A stretch of 64,000 nucleotides of DNA, taken from NCBI GenBank assembly GCA_003141525.1, contig PLML01000004.1:787-64786 (forward strand). Reading direction: 5' to 3'. A program made the position numbers and the translations under genes. The notes under the pieces were generated by a model that saw only the letters and a program-made list of their open reading frames with translations, did not search any database and was not told where the DNA came from. Positions 44,005 to 54,690 of this stretch are shown piece by piece. This DNA is from Bacteroidales bacterium. GTDB lineage: Bacteria > Bacteroidota > Bacteroidia > Bacteroidales > VadinHA17. How positions within the stretch are numbered: the first letter of the stretch is position 1; each line of letters starts with the position of its first letter.

Positions 44005-45034
44005 AAAAGATATTTTATTAGCAAAATACACAATTAAAAGAAATCTACCTGTCAATTATATTAATGGGGATTTGAATTACTGCCTAAGTGAATTTTCTTA
44101 TGAGACATATAATGTTGATTTCAGAAGTTTATATTTTTGTTTTGTTACATATGAAGGGATCATTTATAATTCATTTCTTCACTTGGTAAAATCTTCACTG
44201 GTAGGACCAAAGCTCAGGTCACAATATTCCTTAAAAAGAACATTAAATGAAATAAGAAAGCTAAAGATAAAATCTCTTGATAATAATAGAAAATATCTGA
44301 TAGCATTTGATGCCTGGAGTGGTAATCATTATCATTGGATTACAGAAGTATTATCGCGATTATTCCTTCTTAAAAAAGAACTAAATCAGTATATCTTGAT
44401 TCTGCCTGAAAATGTCTATATAAAGAATACAGGAAGGGCGTTACTCAATCTCTTAGACTTAATTCCGAGGGATATTATATATGTAAAACCGACTGAATTA
44501 ATTTATTCAAACAAGCTTCATTTCATTAACCATGTAGCTCTTACAGGATATATAAATGATAAGGTCCTGAAGGAAATAAAGAAAAAATTAGACTCTAAAA
44601 TTCAACATCATAAAGCGCAGATTTATAGGAAACTATATATTACTAGGGGACAAGCAAGTTACAGGAAAGTATTAAATGAGACTGATGTAGTATCATTGCT
44701 AATTTCGGAGGGGTACGAGATTTTTGATTTTGGCATTCTTTCATTAGAGGATCAAATTAGCATTTGCAGTCAGGCTAATATCATGATATCTATGCATGGT
44801 GCGGGGTTAACCAATATGATTTTTATGATTCCGGGAAGTAAGATTCTTGAATTCAGAAGAAATAAGATCTATCATAATCAATGTTATTGGCACTTGGCTG
44901 ATGCTCTTAAACATAAGTACTTTTATCTTTTTGGAGATCCTGACTCTGATCTTCAGTTAGAAGGTAATGGATGTAATTTAACTATTCCTTTACTAAAACT
45001 TCGACAATTATTAGATGAAATGGCATCTTCATAG
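43994..45034 (+). CDS. GT61/DUF563 glycosyltransferase
   Basis: GNHYHWITEVLSRL and ISMHGAGLTNMIFMIPGSKILE are characteristic DUF563 motifs. The start is taken at MPDRKD. Confidence 0.7.
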   Translation: MPDRKDILLAKYTIKRNLPVNYINGDLNYCLSEFSYETYNVDFRSLYFCFVTYEGIIYNSFLHLVKSSLVGPKLRSQYSLKRTLNEIRKLKIKSLDNNRKYLIAFDAWSGNHYHWITEVLSRLFLLKKELNQYILILPENVYIKNTGRALLNLLDLIPRDIIYVKPTELIYSNKLHFINHVALTGYINDKVLKEIKKKLDSKIQHHKAQIYRKLYITRGQASYRKVLNETDVVSLLISEGYEIFDFGILSLEDQISICSQANIMISMHGAGLTNMIFMIPGSKILEFRRNKIYHNQCYWHLADALKHKYFYLFGDPDSDLQLEGNGCNLTIPLLKLRQLLDEMASS

Positions 45035-45080
45035 TAATGTCAATGATAAAATAATTCCACCTAACTTTTCTACTTTCTAG

Positions 45081-46232
45081 ATGAGGATTCTATACGATTA
45101 CCAGGTATTTCAGAACCAAAAATATGGTGGTATATCAAAATATTTTATAGAGCTTATGACACATTTCAGTCCGGATGTAGTTTTTGAAATTGGATTGAAA
45201 TACACCAATAATATTCATATACTTGAAATGATGGATTTACCTTTTGATCCTCTTGAGGATTTTCAGATAGGGTTCTTAAAAGACAGTAATTTCATCGGTA
45301 AGGGGAGGATTACTAATTTATATTCAAAGCTTTTTCCACAAAAAGTTAAGGATTGCTATAAAGAAAATTTACTAAGTTCTCTATCTCTGGTTGAAAAGGA
45401 AGATTATGATGTTTTTCATCCAACCTACTATAATCCATATTTTCTTGATCACATAAAGAAGCCTTTTGTCATTACGATTCATGATTTAATATATGAATTA
45501 TTCCCAGAGTTTTTTCCACCTTCAGACATTACAGGTCAGCAAAAAAGGAAGCTTATTAATAATGCGAGTCACATAATTGCTGTTTCAAATAACACTAAAT
45601 CAGATCTTTTAAAATATTATGGCATTGATGAATCAAGGATAACTGTTATTCATCATGGGATAACAAGATTCAATTCTAAAGAAGAACTAAATATTAAATT
45701 ACCTGACAGGTATTTGCTTTATGTTGGCGATCGAAGAGGCTATAAGAATTTTTACTTTTTGCTTAATTCTATTGCTGACATTTTGGAGAAAAATGATCTT
45801 TCTATCGTTTGTGCGGGACTTCCATTGACTTCAGATGAAAAGTCAATGATAGATACCTTGAATATTAGCAATAGAATCTTTCAGCATTTCGCGAGTGAGA
45901 ATGAAATGACAATATTATATCGGAATGCTGTTGCTTTCATTTTTCCAAGCCTTTATGAGGGATTTGGAATGCCTATACTTGAAGCATTTGCCTCTAACTG
46001 TCCGGTTCTTTTGTCTGATTCAAGTTGCTTTAATGAAATAGCAGGGGATGCTGCTTTATATTTTGATCCTAAAAGCAAGCAGGATATTTGTAAGCTTGTC
46101 GAAAGAATTGCTCTTGACCAAAATGTTAGAGAATCCTTAATAATTAAAGGTTGCGAGAGGATGAAGCTTTTTTCCTGGACAGATACTGCCAATAAAACAC
46201 ATGATGTGTATTCAAAAGTATTATCTAGATAA
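45081..46232 (+). CDS. GT4 glycosyltransferase
   Basis: FIFPSLYEGFGMPILEAFASNCPVLLSD. Confidence 0.8.
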   Translation: MRILYDYQVFQNQKYGGISKYFIELMTHFSPDVVFEIGLKYTNNIHILEMMDLPFDPLEDFQIGFLKDSNFIGKGRITNLYSKLFPQKVKDCYKENLLSSLSLVEKEDYDVFHPTYYNPYFLDHIKKPFVITIHDLIYELFPEFFPPSDITGQQKRKLINNASHIIAVSNNTKSDLLKYYGIDESRITVIHHGITRFNSKEELNIKLPDRYLLYVGDRRGYKNFYFLLNSIADILEKNDLSIVCAGLPLTSDEKSMIDTLNISNRIFQHFASENEMTILYRNAVAFIFPSLYEGFGMPILEAFASNCPVLLSDSSCFNEIAGDAALYFDPKSKQDICKLVERIALDQNVRESLIIKGCERMKLFSWTDTANKTHDVYSKVLSR

Positions 46233-46238
46233 TTGAAT

Positions 46239-47084
46239 ATGCTTAAACTTTCTATTATCACGGTAAATCTTAATAATGCAAATGGGTTGGAGAAGACAAT
46301 TATTAGTGTTCTTAATCAAACAAACAAAGATTTTGAATATATAATAATTGATGGTGGATCATCTGATAATAGCTTGCAAGTCATTAATTCCTTTTCAAAT
46401 CAACTTACTTATTGGGTTAGTGAAAAGGACAATGGAATATATAATGCAATGAACAAGGGAATAAACAGAGCCTGCGGAGAATATTGTCTTTTCTTAAATA
46501 GTGGCGATTATTTGATTAATCAGGAGATCCTTAAATATATATTTTCATTTAATATCACCGAAGATATCGTTACGGGAGCTGTTATAGCATTTTCCGAACT
46601 GAATAAAAAAACACACTTACTTTCTAAAATTACATCCTCAGATATAACATTAAGTGATCTATTTGTGGCATCACTAAATCATCAGGCAACATTTATTAAA
46701 AGATCACTTTTTACCAGGTATGGTCTATATGAAGAAAAATTCAAAATTATTTCAGACTGGATCTTTACACTAAAAACTATAGTACTAAATAATGTCACAT
46801 TCAGGTATTTGGATGTAGCTGTAACATTATATAATATTGATGGTCGTTCAGGCTCTGTTTCTGAATATTATACAAGGGAAAACCTATCAGGATTGAAAGA
46901 GCTCATCCCACCTCGCATTCTTGCAGATTATCAAACCGGTTATATTCATGCTGTAAAGCGGATGAAAAAGTACTTGCTCTTCTGGACAATTTTTAGGATA
47001 TTGAACTTATGCACAATTAATTACGATTCAATTTCCAAAAGAATTTTGTCCCAGAGGCACATTAAAAGATTATTCCGTGAATAG
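46239..47084 (+). CDS. GT2 family glycosyltransferase
   Basis: LSIITVNLNNANGLEKTIISVLNQ, IIIDGGSSDNS and NSGDY. It is a paralog of 48233-49042. Confidence 0.8.
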   Translation: MLKLSIITVNLNNANGLEKTIISVLNQTNKDFEYIIIDGGSSDNSLQVINSFSNQLTYWVSEKDNGIYNAMNKGINRACGEYCLFLNSGDYLINQEILKYIFSFNITEDIVTGAVIAFSELNKKTHLLSKITSSDITLSDLFVASLNHQATFIKRSLFTRYGLYEEKFKIISDWIFTLKTIVLNNVTFRYLDVAVTLYNIDGRSGSVSEYYTRENLSGLKELIPPRILADYQTGYIHAVKRMKKYLLFWTIFRILNLCTINYDSISKRILSQRHIKRLFRE

Positions 47085-48195
47085 AAAGGTTTTGCGCCAG
47101 GCAATATTTGATTCTGATTTCTTTGGACATGGGGGAGAAAAACGCACTGCGCAGATCTCAAATTTATTGACCGCTAATAATATTGAATATATTCTTGTTC
47201 CCGGCTTAGTTAAACAAAAGATTTCTTTAGCATTTTTAAAGAATTTAGTATTATCAGTTCTAATTAATATTAAAATCGGATTAAGATTAAGATCAATCAG
47301 CTCCATTCTAAATATGGTCAAGAGAATCTACCATTCTGCCCTGATAATCAATAGCATTGAGAAAATCTCAAGATTTGACACCTCAATTTTCCTATGGGAA
47401 GGAACTAAACCAGAAAACTATATATATCCTATTTACTTTAAAAGACTAAAATACAAGGTAATTGGCTTACCCCATAATTTAGAATCATTAGTCCCTTCAC
47501 AGTTTTCCAAAATTACAAATAAAAAATCCCCTTCATGGTTGTGGGAAGAAATGGCAATGCTCAAGGTTTGTGATGTTGTATTTACTATATCACGAGAAGA
47601 AAATCTCTTACTGAAACAATTTGGTATCGATGCACAATATTTGCCTTATTTCCCTGCTGGTGATGTTTATCATCGTCTTTTGGATATAAGATCCCATCGT
47701 ACCAGGAAGAAAGAAATAAAAGCTATTAAGAAATTGCTTATGCTTGGGTCAATAATTAATATACCTACCCGACTAGGAATGATTGACAGAATTGACTGGT
47801 TTGTTAATTCAAAACCTGACAATTATAAATTAGGAATTGCCGGATATTCAACGGAAGAACTAAAAAGCATAATTATTGATTCAGAAAATATTGTCCTTTA
47901 CGGATCCCTGTCAAATGATCAATTATACGATATGCTTTCGGAGGTAGATGCTGTTCTTATACATCAGGTTGCCAGTTCAGGAGCTCTCACAAAAATTCCG
48001 GAGATGCTTATTGCCGGAATTCCTATCTTAATTAATTGTGAAAGTGCAAGAAGCTACTATAATATCGATGGTTTAAATATTTACGAAAATGATGCAGAAC
48101 TTAATGAATATCTTTTAAATGAGAAGGTATTCCGTGTTCCTCCTTTACCACAAATACCCTACTCTTATTTTAAAAGTTTTTTAAATAGAATCTGA
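47077..48195 (+). CDS. hypothetical protein with GT-B-like C-terminal half
   Basis: 372 aa. The C-terminal LGIAGYSTEE...AVLIHQVASSGALTKIPEMLIAGIPIL is reminiscent of GT1/GT4 donor-binding domains. I saw no clear EX7E. Confidence 0.3.
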   Translation: MNRKVLRQAIFDSDFFGHGGEKRTAQISNLLTANNIEYILVPGLVKQKISLAFLKNLVLSVLINIKIGLRLRSISSILNMVKRIYHSALIINSIEKISRFDTSIFLWEGTKPENYIYPIYFKRLKYKVIGLPHNLESLVPSQFSKITNKKSPSWLWEEMAMLKVCDVVFTISREENLLLKQFGIDAQYLPYFPAGDVYHRLLDIRSHRTRKKEIKAIKKLLMLGSIINIPTRLGMIDRIDWFVNSKPDNYKLGIAGYSTEELKSIIIDSENIVLYGSLSNDQLYDMLSEVDAVLIHQVASSGALTKIPEMLIAGIPILINCESARSYYNIDGLNIYENDAELNEYLLNEKVFRVPPLPQIPYSYFKSFLNRI

Positions 48196-48232
48196 TGAGG
48201 ATTAGAATGATCTGCTAAAATAACTTCTCACA

Positions 48233-49042
48233 TTGAAATTAAGTATAATAACAATTAATTTAAATAATTATTCAGGTCTGGAAAAGACCATAACAAGTGT
48301 TATTAATCAGGATTATCAACAATATGAGTACATTGTTATCGATGGAGGTTCCACGGATGGTTCAAAAGAATTATTGGAAAAGTATTGCAAAAAAATAAAT
48401 TATTGTGTTAGTGAGACTGATCACGGTATCTATAGTGCAATGAATAAAGGCATCAAAAAAGCAACTGGTGAATATTGTCTTTTTGTTAATTCCGGGGACG
48501 TACTCTATAATAGTAATGTGCTAACTGATATCGTGAATCAGAACCTTAAAGCTGATATCATTACAGGCAACGCTTTTGTTAACAGAAATAACAAAAAACC
48601 TCAACTCGTGAAAGCTCCTGAAAATATCTCGTTTTACACATTTTTTCAGCACACCATTTTGCATCAGGCAACACTTATTCGAATTTCTCTTTTTAAAAAG
48701 GTTGGATATTATAATGAAAATCTCAGGATTGTTGCCGATTGGGAATTTTTCATTAAAGCACTTTTTTTAAATCACTTAAGTTATAAGGCAATAAACGTAA
48801 CTATATCTGTATTTGATAACTCTGGAATAAGTTCACAGACAGAAAATTTCCATATCAGTCTTAGAGAGCGGGATGAAGTGCTTCAAAAGTACTTTCCGTA
48901 CTTTATTAATGATTATCAGTTACTCCAACCTCACTCAACATTTATTTTCCTTCAGCATAATCAAAAAAGCCCGGTTTTACGTAATATTTTCACTTTCTCA
49001 ACCAGAATTGTAAATAAGGTTTTTAAAATATTTTCCAGGTGA
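48233..49042 (+). CDS. GT2 family glycosyltransferase
   Basis: LSIITINLNNYSGLEKTITSVINQ, IVIDGGSTDGS and NSGDV. The start is TTG in the track. Confidence 0.8.
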   Translation: MKLSIITINLNNYSGLEKTITSVINQDYQQYEYIVIDGGSTDGSKELLEKYCKKINYCVSETDHGIYSAMNKGIKKATGEYCLFVNSGDVLYNSNVLTDIVNQNLKADIITGNAFVNRNNKKPQLVKAPENISFYTFFQHTILHQATLIRISLFKKVGYYNENLRIVADWEFFIKALFLNHLSYKAINVTISVFDNSGISSQTENFHISLRERDEVLQKYFPYFINDYQLLQPHSTFIFLQHNQKSPVLRNIFTFSTRIVNKVFKIFSR

Positions 49043-50187
49043 AACGTGTAGCTATATATCTTATTTCTGATGGGATGGGAGGTGCAGAACAGGTGGTCTG
49101 GCAAACCATTAAAGGATTAAGTAAATATGATTCAATCTATCTTATAGTCAACAACGAAATTGCTTCCTATTATGCTAGTATAATTCCCGATAGTAGAGTT
49201 CTTAATATTGGAGACATTTTTATTCATTCGAAGAAGAAATATCGAGTTGTCCGATTTCTCCTTAATAACAGGGTTTATAGTTTAATTCCATTTATAATTC
49301 GTTTTAAATCTGCAAAAATTGCTGATTATCTTAGAAATAATAATATTGAAATACTCCATTCCCACCTGGATTATGCCCTTTACTCTTCATTATATATTAA
49401 AAAGATAAAAACAAATATTAAGATATTCCATACTGTGCATGGTGCATTTGGACTAATTGAAGATAAACTGTTAAAACCTTTAGTACCGCTATCAAAAATT
49501 GATTTCAGTAATGTAGATAAACTGATTTTTGTTTCACGATATAATTACAATTTATATAAGTCCAAAAACATATCCATTAATGATTTTAAAATAATCTACA
49601 ATGGCATTGACTATGATAATAATGATCCGTATTTCAGACCTGCAAAAAGAACTAATGAATTTGAAGTTTTATATGTTGGTGGTTCAAAATATGTTAAGGG
49701 ATATGATATACTTGTTGAAACTGTAGATCTGATGAATAAATCAATTTTTAAAAACAGTTTTCATGTGGTTGTTCTTGGGCATCTGTCCGATCAATGTGAT
49801 TTTGTTACAATGATCAGGCAATATAGACTTGAGCATTTTTTTAAATTGGTTGGATTTGTCACTCCACCTTTGCATTTGAATTACTTCAAATCTGCTGATA
49901 TGCTTTTTATGCCTTCCCGGTCTGAAGCCTTGCCCATAGCAGCAATTGAAGCTCTTTCTCTTGATTTACCTGTAATTGCTAGCAATGTTGGGGGTTTACC
50001 CGAAATAATTAAACATGGAGAGAACGGATTGTTGGGCAATAATAATCCTCATGAATATAGTAACTTTATAATTGATTTGATTGCAAACTATAATGAATTT
50101 CTTGAAAGGGCCAGAAATTACAACATGATAGTAAAACCACGGTTTGAAGCAAAAAAAATGTGTCAAAAATTGCTAGATGTATATTGA
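49039..50187 (+). CDS. GT4 glycosyltransferase
   Basis: MLFMPSRSEALPIAAIEALSLDLPVIASNVGGLPEII. Confidence 0.8.
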   Translation: MKRVAIYLISDGMGGAEQVVWQTIKGLSKYDSIYLIVNNEIASYYASIIPDSRVLNIGDIFIHSKKKYRVVRFLLNNRVYSLIPFIIRFKSAKIADYLRNNNIEILHSHLDYALYSSLYIKKIKTNIKIFHTVHGAFGLIEDKLLKPLVPLSKIDFSNVDKLIFVSRYNYNLYKSKNISINDFKIIYNGIDYDNNDPYFRPAKRTNEFEVLYVGGSKYVKGYDILVETVDLMNKSIFKNSFHVVVLGHLSDQCDFVTMIRQYRLEHFFKLVGFVTPPLHLNYFKSADMLFMPSRSEALPIAAIEALSLDLPVIASNVGGLPEIIKHGENGLLGNNNPHEYSNFIIDLIANYNEFLERARNYNMIVKPRFEAKKMCQKLLDVY

Positions 50188-50353
50188 TTATTTTGCAAAT
50201 ATTATTGATTTAAGAAAAGAACTTTAAACTAACTTTTATATCTGATTATTGAGTTTAAAATTAATGAATAATCAAATTTACATTAATCAGACTGCCAGAC
50301 TTCGGTAGGTATATTAGCGAGCCATTAGAGACAGGCAATTCTGAATAAAATTA

Positions 50354-51133
50354 TTGTTCTTGAAAAAATTGAAATCTAGAATAATAAGGAAAATTCTATT
50401 ATTAATTACTCCGAATAATTCTTACCGGAAAATTTATTTCGGAGTTTTGAAAGGAATCAAATGGGTGTATCGTTCAGGTTATTCGCAATATTGGATGGGT
50501 ACCTATGAAAAAGAGGTTGCCGAATTGTTTGCCGAATACGCTAAAAAGAGTAATGTAGTCTATGATCTTGGAGCAAATATTGGCTACTATTCTCTAATTG
50601 CAGTTAAGTCAGTTGGTATTAAAGGAATTGTTTATGCATTTGAACCTTTTCCTCAAAATACTAAAATTCTTAAACAGCATAAAACCCTAAATAATGCTGA
50701 AAATCTGATTATCTTTGAATCAGCGGTATCAGATAAGACAGGGAAAGTTTCATTTTCAAATTCAGTAAATAATGTCGCGAATACAATATGTCCTGAATCT
50801 CCGATTTTTCTAGAAGGGAAAACAATCGAAGTGGAAGCAGTTACTTTAGATAATTTATTAATCTTGAAAGAAATAGAGCCACCGCAGCTTATAAAAATCG
50901 ATGTTGAAGGTGCTGAATATAAAGTTTTGTTAGGCGCAAATTCTTTAATAATGGATCATAGGCCTGTTATTTTCTTATCTACCCATAATTGTCAGGTCCC
51001 AGGCATTCATAAAAAATGTGTTGATTTACTTTCAAATTTAGGTTATAAAATAACTTACGTGAATTATAGAGAAAGAATAACAGAATATGATGATCCATGG
51101 TATGAAATTCTGGCAGAATTCAGAACTATTTGA
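50354..51133 (+). CDS. FkbM-family methyltransferase
   Basis: VYDLGANIGYYSL, AFEPFP and IKIDVEGAEYKVL. Confidence 0.75.
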   Translation: MFLKKLKSRIIRKILLLITPNNSYRKIYFGVLKGIKWVYRSGYSQYWMGTYEKEVAELFAEYAKKSNVVYDLGANIGYYSLIAVKSVGIKGIVYAFEPFPQNTKILKQHKTLNNAENLIIFESAVSDKTGKVSFSNSVNNVANTICPESPIFLEGKTIEVEAVTLDNLLILKEIEPPQLIKIDVEGAEYKVLLGANSLIMDHRPVIFLSTHNCQVPGIHKKCVDLLSNLGYKITYVNYRERITEYDDPWYEILAEFRTI

Positions 51134-51220
51134 TCTTAGGTAAATAGGGGAATTAAAAAAAGCAAATAGTGTATATCTGTATCTTTTAAATTTTGAAAAT
51201 AGTATCAAGTTTTAGTTGAA

Positions 51221-52576
51221 ATGCAAAGAGAAGCCATTTACTGGTATATTGTTTTATTGACCTTTTTATACATCATTTTTAAAAATAAAAATAATACGAT
51301 AAAAATTTTAATTATTCTTTGTTTTTACTCCGGTCTTGCATCATTTTATGGTAAAGGAATTGAAAATCCTTATAAAATAATAGTTGTTCTCCTTTCATTG
51401 TACATTTTGCAAAAGAATAACGGACTATCCGGATTGAATAAGAGAGAAAGCTTTTTATTATTTGTTTTTGTAATTTTCTCTGTTTCTTTTCTTTATTCAG
51501 CTATTATTAATGGAGACTATTTCAAATTGGTTTTTAGTCAATATGGTAAATATATAACACCAATCTGCCTTTTCTTTGTATTTAAACGTATTCTGATCAA
51601 AAGCCCGGGTACATTTATTAATTTTAGGAAGCTGTTTTTTTCATTACTCACAATTCAGGTTTTTTTAACTGCCGTGAAAATTCTAACTGTTGGCTTAAAG
51701 GAAAGCCCTGTTGGTTCAATGGCATATATAGGCGGGGGTGCGGCTACAATGGTACCGGTTTTGGGTTTTATACTGATGTGGTTGTATAAGCAGGGTGATT
51801 TTAAAAGAAAAGATTGGTATTATATTTTTCTGCTAATATTTGTTGGGTTTGCCAGTTTAAAACGAGCTATATGGTTTATCTTGCCCACAATTGTTATTCT
51901 GTTTCTGTATTATATACCAAAAAGATTAAAAATTAGTAATCTGATAAATTATATCCCATTAATTCCACTTATTTTTTATGCAGGTGTCAGACTAAATCCT
52001 ACGCTAAACAAAGAAGGCAAACTAGGCGGTAGCTTTGATCTTCAATATGTATTAGATTATGTCAAAATCTATAGTTTTGGGGAAGCCACAGGAACATCCA
52101 ACATTCAATTAGGAACGGGCAGAGGGGGCGCTACGTTATTGCTCGTTGGTAAACTATTTAATAAACAGCCTCTTTCCTTTAGCGATTATTGGGGCTCTGG
52201 TTTACAGGAAGTCTATACAACCGATTATGAACAGTTTAATGATGAGAAATATGGAGTAAACAGTAAGGGGGCAGTTACAGGTGTTTTTCAATCGTATATA
52301 TCTTCAGGTTTTGTTGGTGTGTTAATAACCATTTTACTTATTATTTCAATATTGGGGTTGATTAAAGAGACTCGGATTCGCACTACAATAGCACTCTTAA
52401 TGTTTTGGGATTATTTTTTTTACAGTGGTTTGATTTTGAGAACTCAATCTCTTTTTGTTTTGTTTTTTTTCATTATAATTTATTCAAACCTTCAGTATGA
52501 ACAGAAATTGTATAGAAAATACATAAGTCTAAAACCGGATGATAAGAACAGGAATTTACAACCTCAGGCAGTTTAA
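51221..52576 (+). CDS. O-antigen polymerase/ligase-like (Wzy-type) membrane protein
   Basis: 451 aa with about 10-12 hydrophobic segments and one larger loop. FASLKRAIWFILP resembles the Wzy_C region. Confidence 0.5.
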   Translation: MQREAIYWYIVLLTFLYIIFKNKNNTIKILIILCFYSGLASFYGKGIENPYKIIVVLLSLYILQKNNGLSGLNKRESFLLFVFVIFSVSFLYSAIINGDYFKLVFSQYGKYITPICLFFVFKRILIKSPGTFINFRKLFFSLLTIQVFLTAVKILTVGLKESPVGSMAYIGGGAATMVPVLGFILMWLYKQGDFKRKDWYYIFLLIFVGFASLKRAIWFILPTIVILFLYYIPKRLKISNLINYIPLIPLIFYAGVRLNPTLNKEGKLGGSFDLQYVLDYVKIYSFGEATGTSNIQLGTGRGGATLLLVGKLFNKQPLSFSDYWGSGLQEVYTTDYEQFNDEKYGVNSKGAVTGVFQSYISSGFVGVLITILLIISILGLIKETRIRTTIALLMFWDYFFYSGLILRTQSLFVLFFFIIIYSNLQYEQKLYRKYISLKPDDKNRNLQPQAV

Positions 52577-53474
52577 TCCGGCAGCCCTGAAAGATGTTTT
52601 TGGGAAAGAAAAAAACATTTCAATTGAAGTTTACTCTCAATTAAATCAAGTATATGATTCTCAATTAAAAGAGGGATATGCTGAAATAGTTTTAAATCGT
52701 TTTAATTCAAGCAACAATGTAATTAAGCGAACCTACCGCAACAGATTCAATTCTTTTGATGATATGGTTATAGAAATAATTCAAAATTTAGAAATATCTT
52801 CTCCAAGAATACATGATATGGCAATTTCTGATGGACGGGCATCATATTACTTTCTTGAAAAGATTCAAAACCATTTTCACGATGTTGAATATCATGCCTC
52901 AGATTTAATTATATCTTATACTATTCATAAAAAAAAATCTGAGTCAAGCTCTTATATAGTCACAGATGATAACTTAAATATTATTGAAATAACAGTCCCT
53001 CCATTCGTATGGAACTATGCCAGAAAAGAAGGGAAATTGTATTTTCTCAACAATTTACTAAAAGCCTATTTTAAAAGGAAATTCTATAAACTGATAATCG
53101 GGAAGCAATTAAAATTTAGAAAAACATTGCCTGTTGTTGATTATGGCTTTAAATCACTTTTGGATAAAAGCGACAAAAATAAGCTGCTGAACTATAATAT
53201 TTTTGAAAAGTCTCATTACCAATATAATGTAATCAGGGCGATGAATATATTGCATTTTGGTTACTTTAATCCTGAGCAATTAAATGCTGTCCTGGATAAC
53301 GTCTACGAATCTCTTTTGCCTGATGGGATTTTAATTGAAGGTTCCAACGAAGATGTTGGTTCGCCAGTTGAAGGAGCAGTATATCGTAAAACTTGCACAG
53401 GATTTGAATTGATTATTTCATCTGATAAACCTTCCCGGATTTCAGATATTGTTTTAAATTATAATAAATCTTAG
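52539..53474 (+). CDS. hypothetical protein, possible methyltransferase fold
   Basis: IHDMAISDGRASYYF and NILHFGYFNPEQLNAVLDNVYESLLPDGILIEG are weakly MTase-like. The true start is probably downstream of 52539. Confidence 0.3.
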   Translation: MIRTGIYNLRQFNPAALKDVFGKEKNISIEVYSQLNQVYDSQLKEGYAEIVLNRFNSSNNVIKRTYRNRFNSFDDMVIEIIQNLEISSPRIHDMAISDGRASYYFLEKIQNHFHDVEYHASDLIISYTIHKKKSESSSYIVTDDNLNIIEITVPPFVWNYARKEGKLYFLNNLLKAYFKRKFYKLIIGKQLKFRKTLPVVDYGFKSLLDKSDKNKLLNYNIFEKSHYQYNVIRAMNILHFGYFNPEQLNAVLDNVYESLLPDGILIEGSNEDVGSPVEGAVYRKTCTGFELIISSDKPSRISDIVLNYNKS

Positions 53475-53573
53475 CTTTTATTGAATCTTTTAGTATGGAT
53501 ATCAAATGAGGTTATTAATAACCAAAATTTGAAATAGAACTTTTTTCAAACCGGGAAATGTAACGTCAAATAA

Positions 53574-54641
53574 ATGAGTTTAAAATCGTTGAGCATGTCA
53601 GAGATGCAATTTCAATCTGCATGTGATATAAGCAATGTAATGTTGAAAGAGTTTTATTATGAAGTATATCCTAATAGACATAAGGCCCTTATTAATAATT
53701 TCAAATGGTTAAACCGCTCGTATTTCTTCAATAACAAAATCCCGATAGTTATTGTTGCAAGTGACAAGGTTATTGCGCATGCCGGAATGATTCCCCTTAA
53801 AGTATTACTTGATGATGAATCCTTTACAGCTGCATGGTATATTGATTTTGCTGTATTACCGTCTTTTCATCGTCAAGGACTAGGTACCCTGATTACAAAT
53901 AAATATTCAGAATTCTCAGACATACAATTAGCTTTGTCCTGTAATGATATGTCAATAACCGTATTCAGAAAACTGGGATGGATAGAATCAGCAAATACTT
54001 TTCTTCATATTAACTTTATGGCGCCATTTAGTTATCCAGGAGTTACTAAAAGATTACCACCCCTTTTATGCAAAATATTGAATTATATTTCTCAGCCTTT
54101 TCTTTATTGTATTTATAAGATAAATTTGTCTTCTAATGTCAATTATAAGATTGAGCTCCTGCATGAAAATATTCTGAATGATTTTATTAAATTATACAAC
54201 AAATCTAAAACTGCAACTTGTTCTATAAATGCTGTCAAACCTGTAAGAGATAAAGATTTTATAAATTGGAGAGTCTTAAATTCGCCGGATAAGGCCAAAT
54301 ATCACATTTTTAGTACAAAGGACTTTATGGCTTTGATTCTATTCAACCATAACCATGGCTCATATATTGACATATTATGGGTCACTGATATTTTAAATTA
54401 TTCTGCAATTAAGACTATGATATGCTATTTAGCATTATACGGAATGAAGAGTGAATATTCATATATTCGTTTCTATACTACACAAAAAAATCTATCAAAC
54501 TACCTTAGAAAAAGACTAAAGTCCCTTGTAAGATTTCCGCGGTTTGCAATATTTTCCAAAAATCCTGAATTATTAAACAGGTTAAGAAATGTTGAATGGA
54601 ATTGGGAACTGATAGACAATGATTTTGAAAGAATCTATTGA
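53574..54641 (+). CDS. GNAT-family acetyltransferase
   Basis: IDFAVLPSFHRQGLGTLI contains GNAT motif A (Q/R-x-x-G-x-G). Confidence 0.6.
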   Translation: MSLKSLSMSEMQFQSACDISNVMLKEFYYEVYPNRHKALINNFKWLNRSYFFNNKIPIVIVASDKVIAHAGMIPLKVLLDDESFTAAWYIDFAVLPSFHRQGLGTLITNKYSEFSDIQLALSCNDMSITVFRKLGWIESANTFLHINFMAPFSYPGVTKRLPPLLCKILNYISQPFLYCIYKINLSSNVNYKIELLHENILNDFIKLYNKSKTATCSINAVKPVRDKDFINWRVLNSPDKAKYHIFSTKDFMALILFNHNHGSYIDILWVTDILNYSAIKTMICYLALYGMKSEYSYIRFYTTQKNLSNYLRKRLKSLVRFPRFAIFSKNPELLNRLRNVEWNWELIDNDFERIY

Positions 54642-54690
54642 TATTTTGAGTATTAGATTTCAACATGTATAACTATTTTATAATACACTT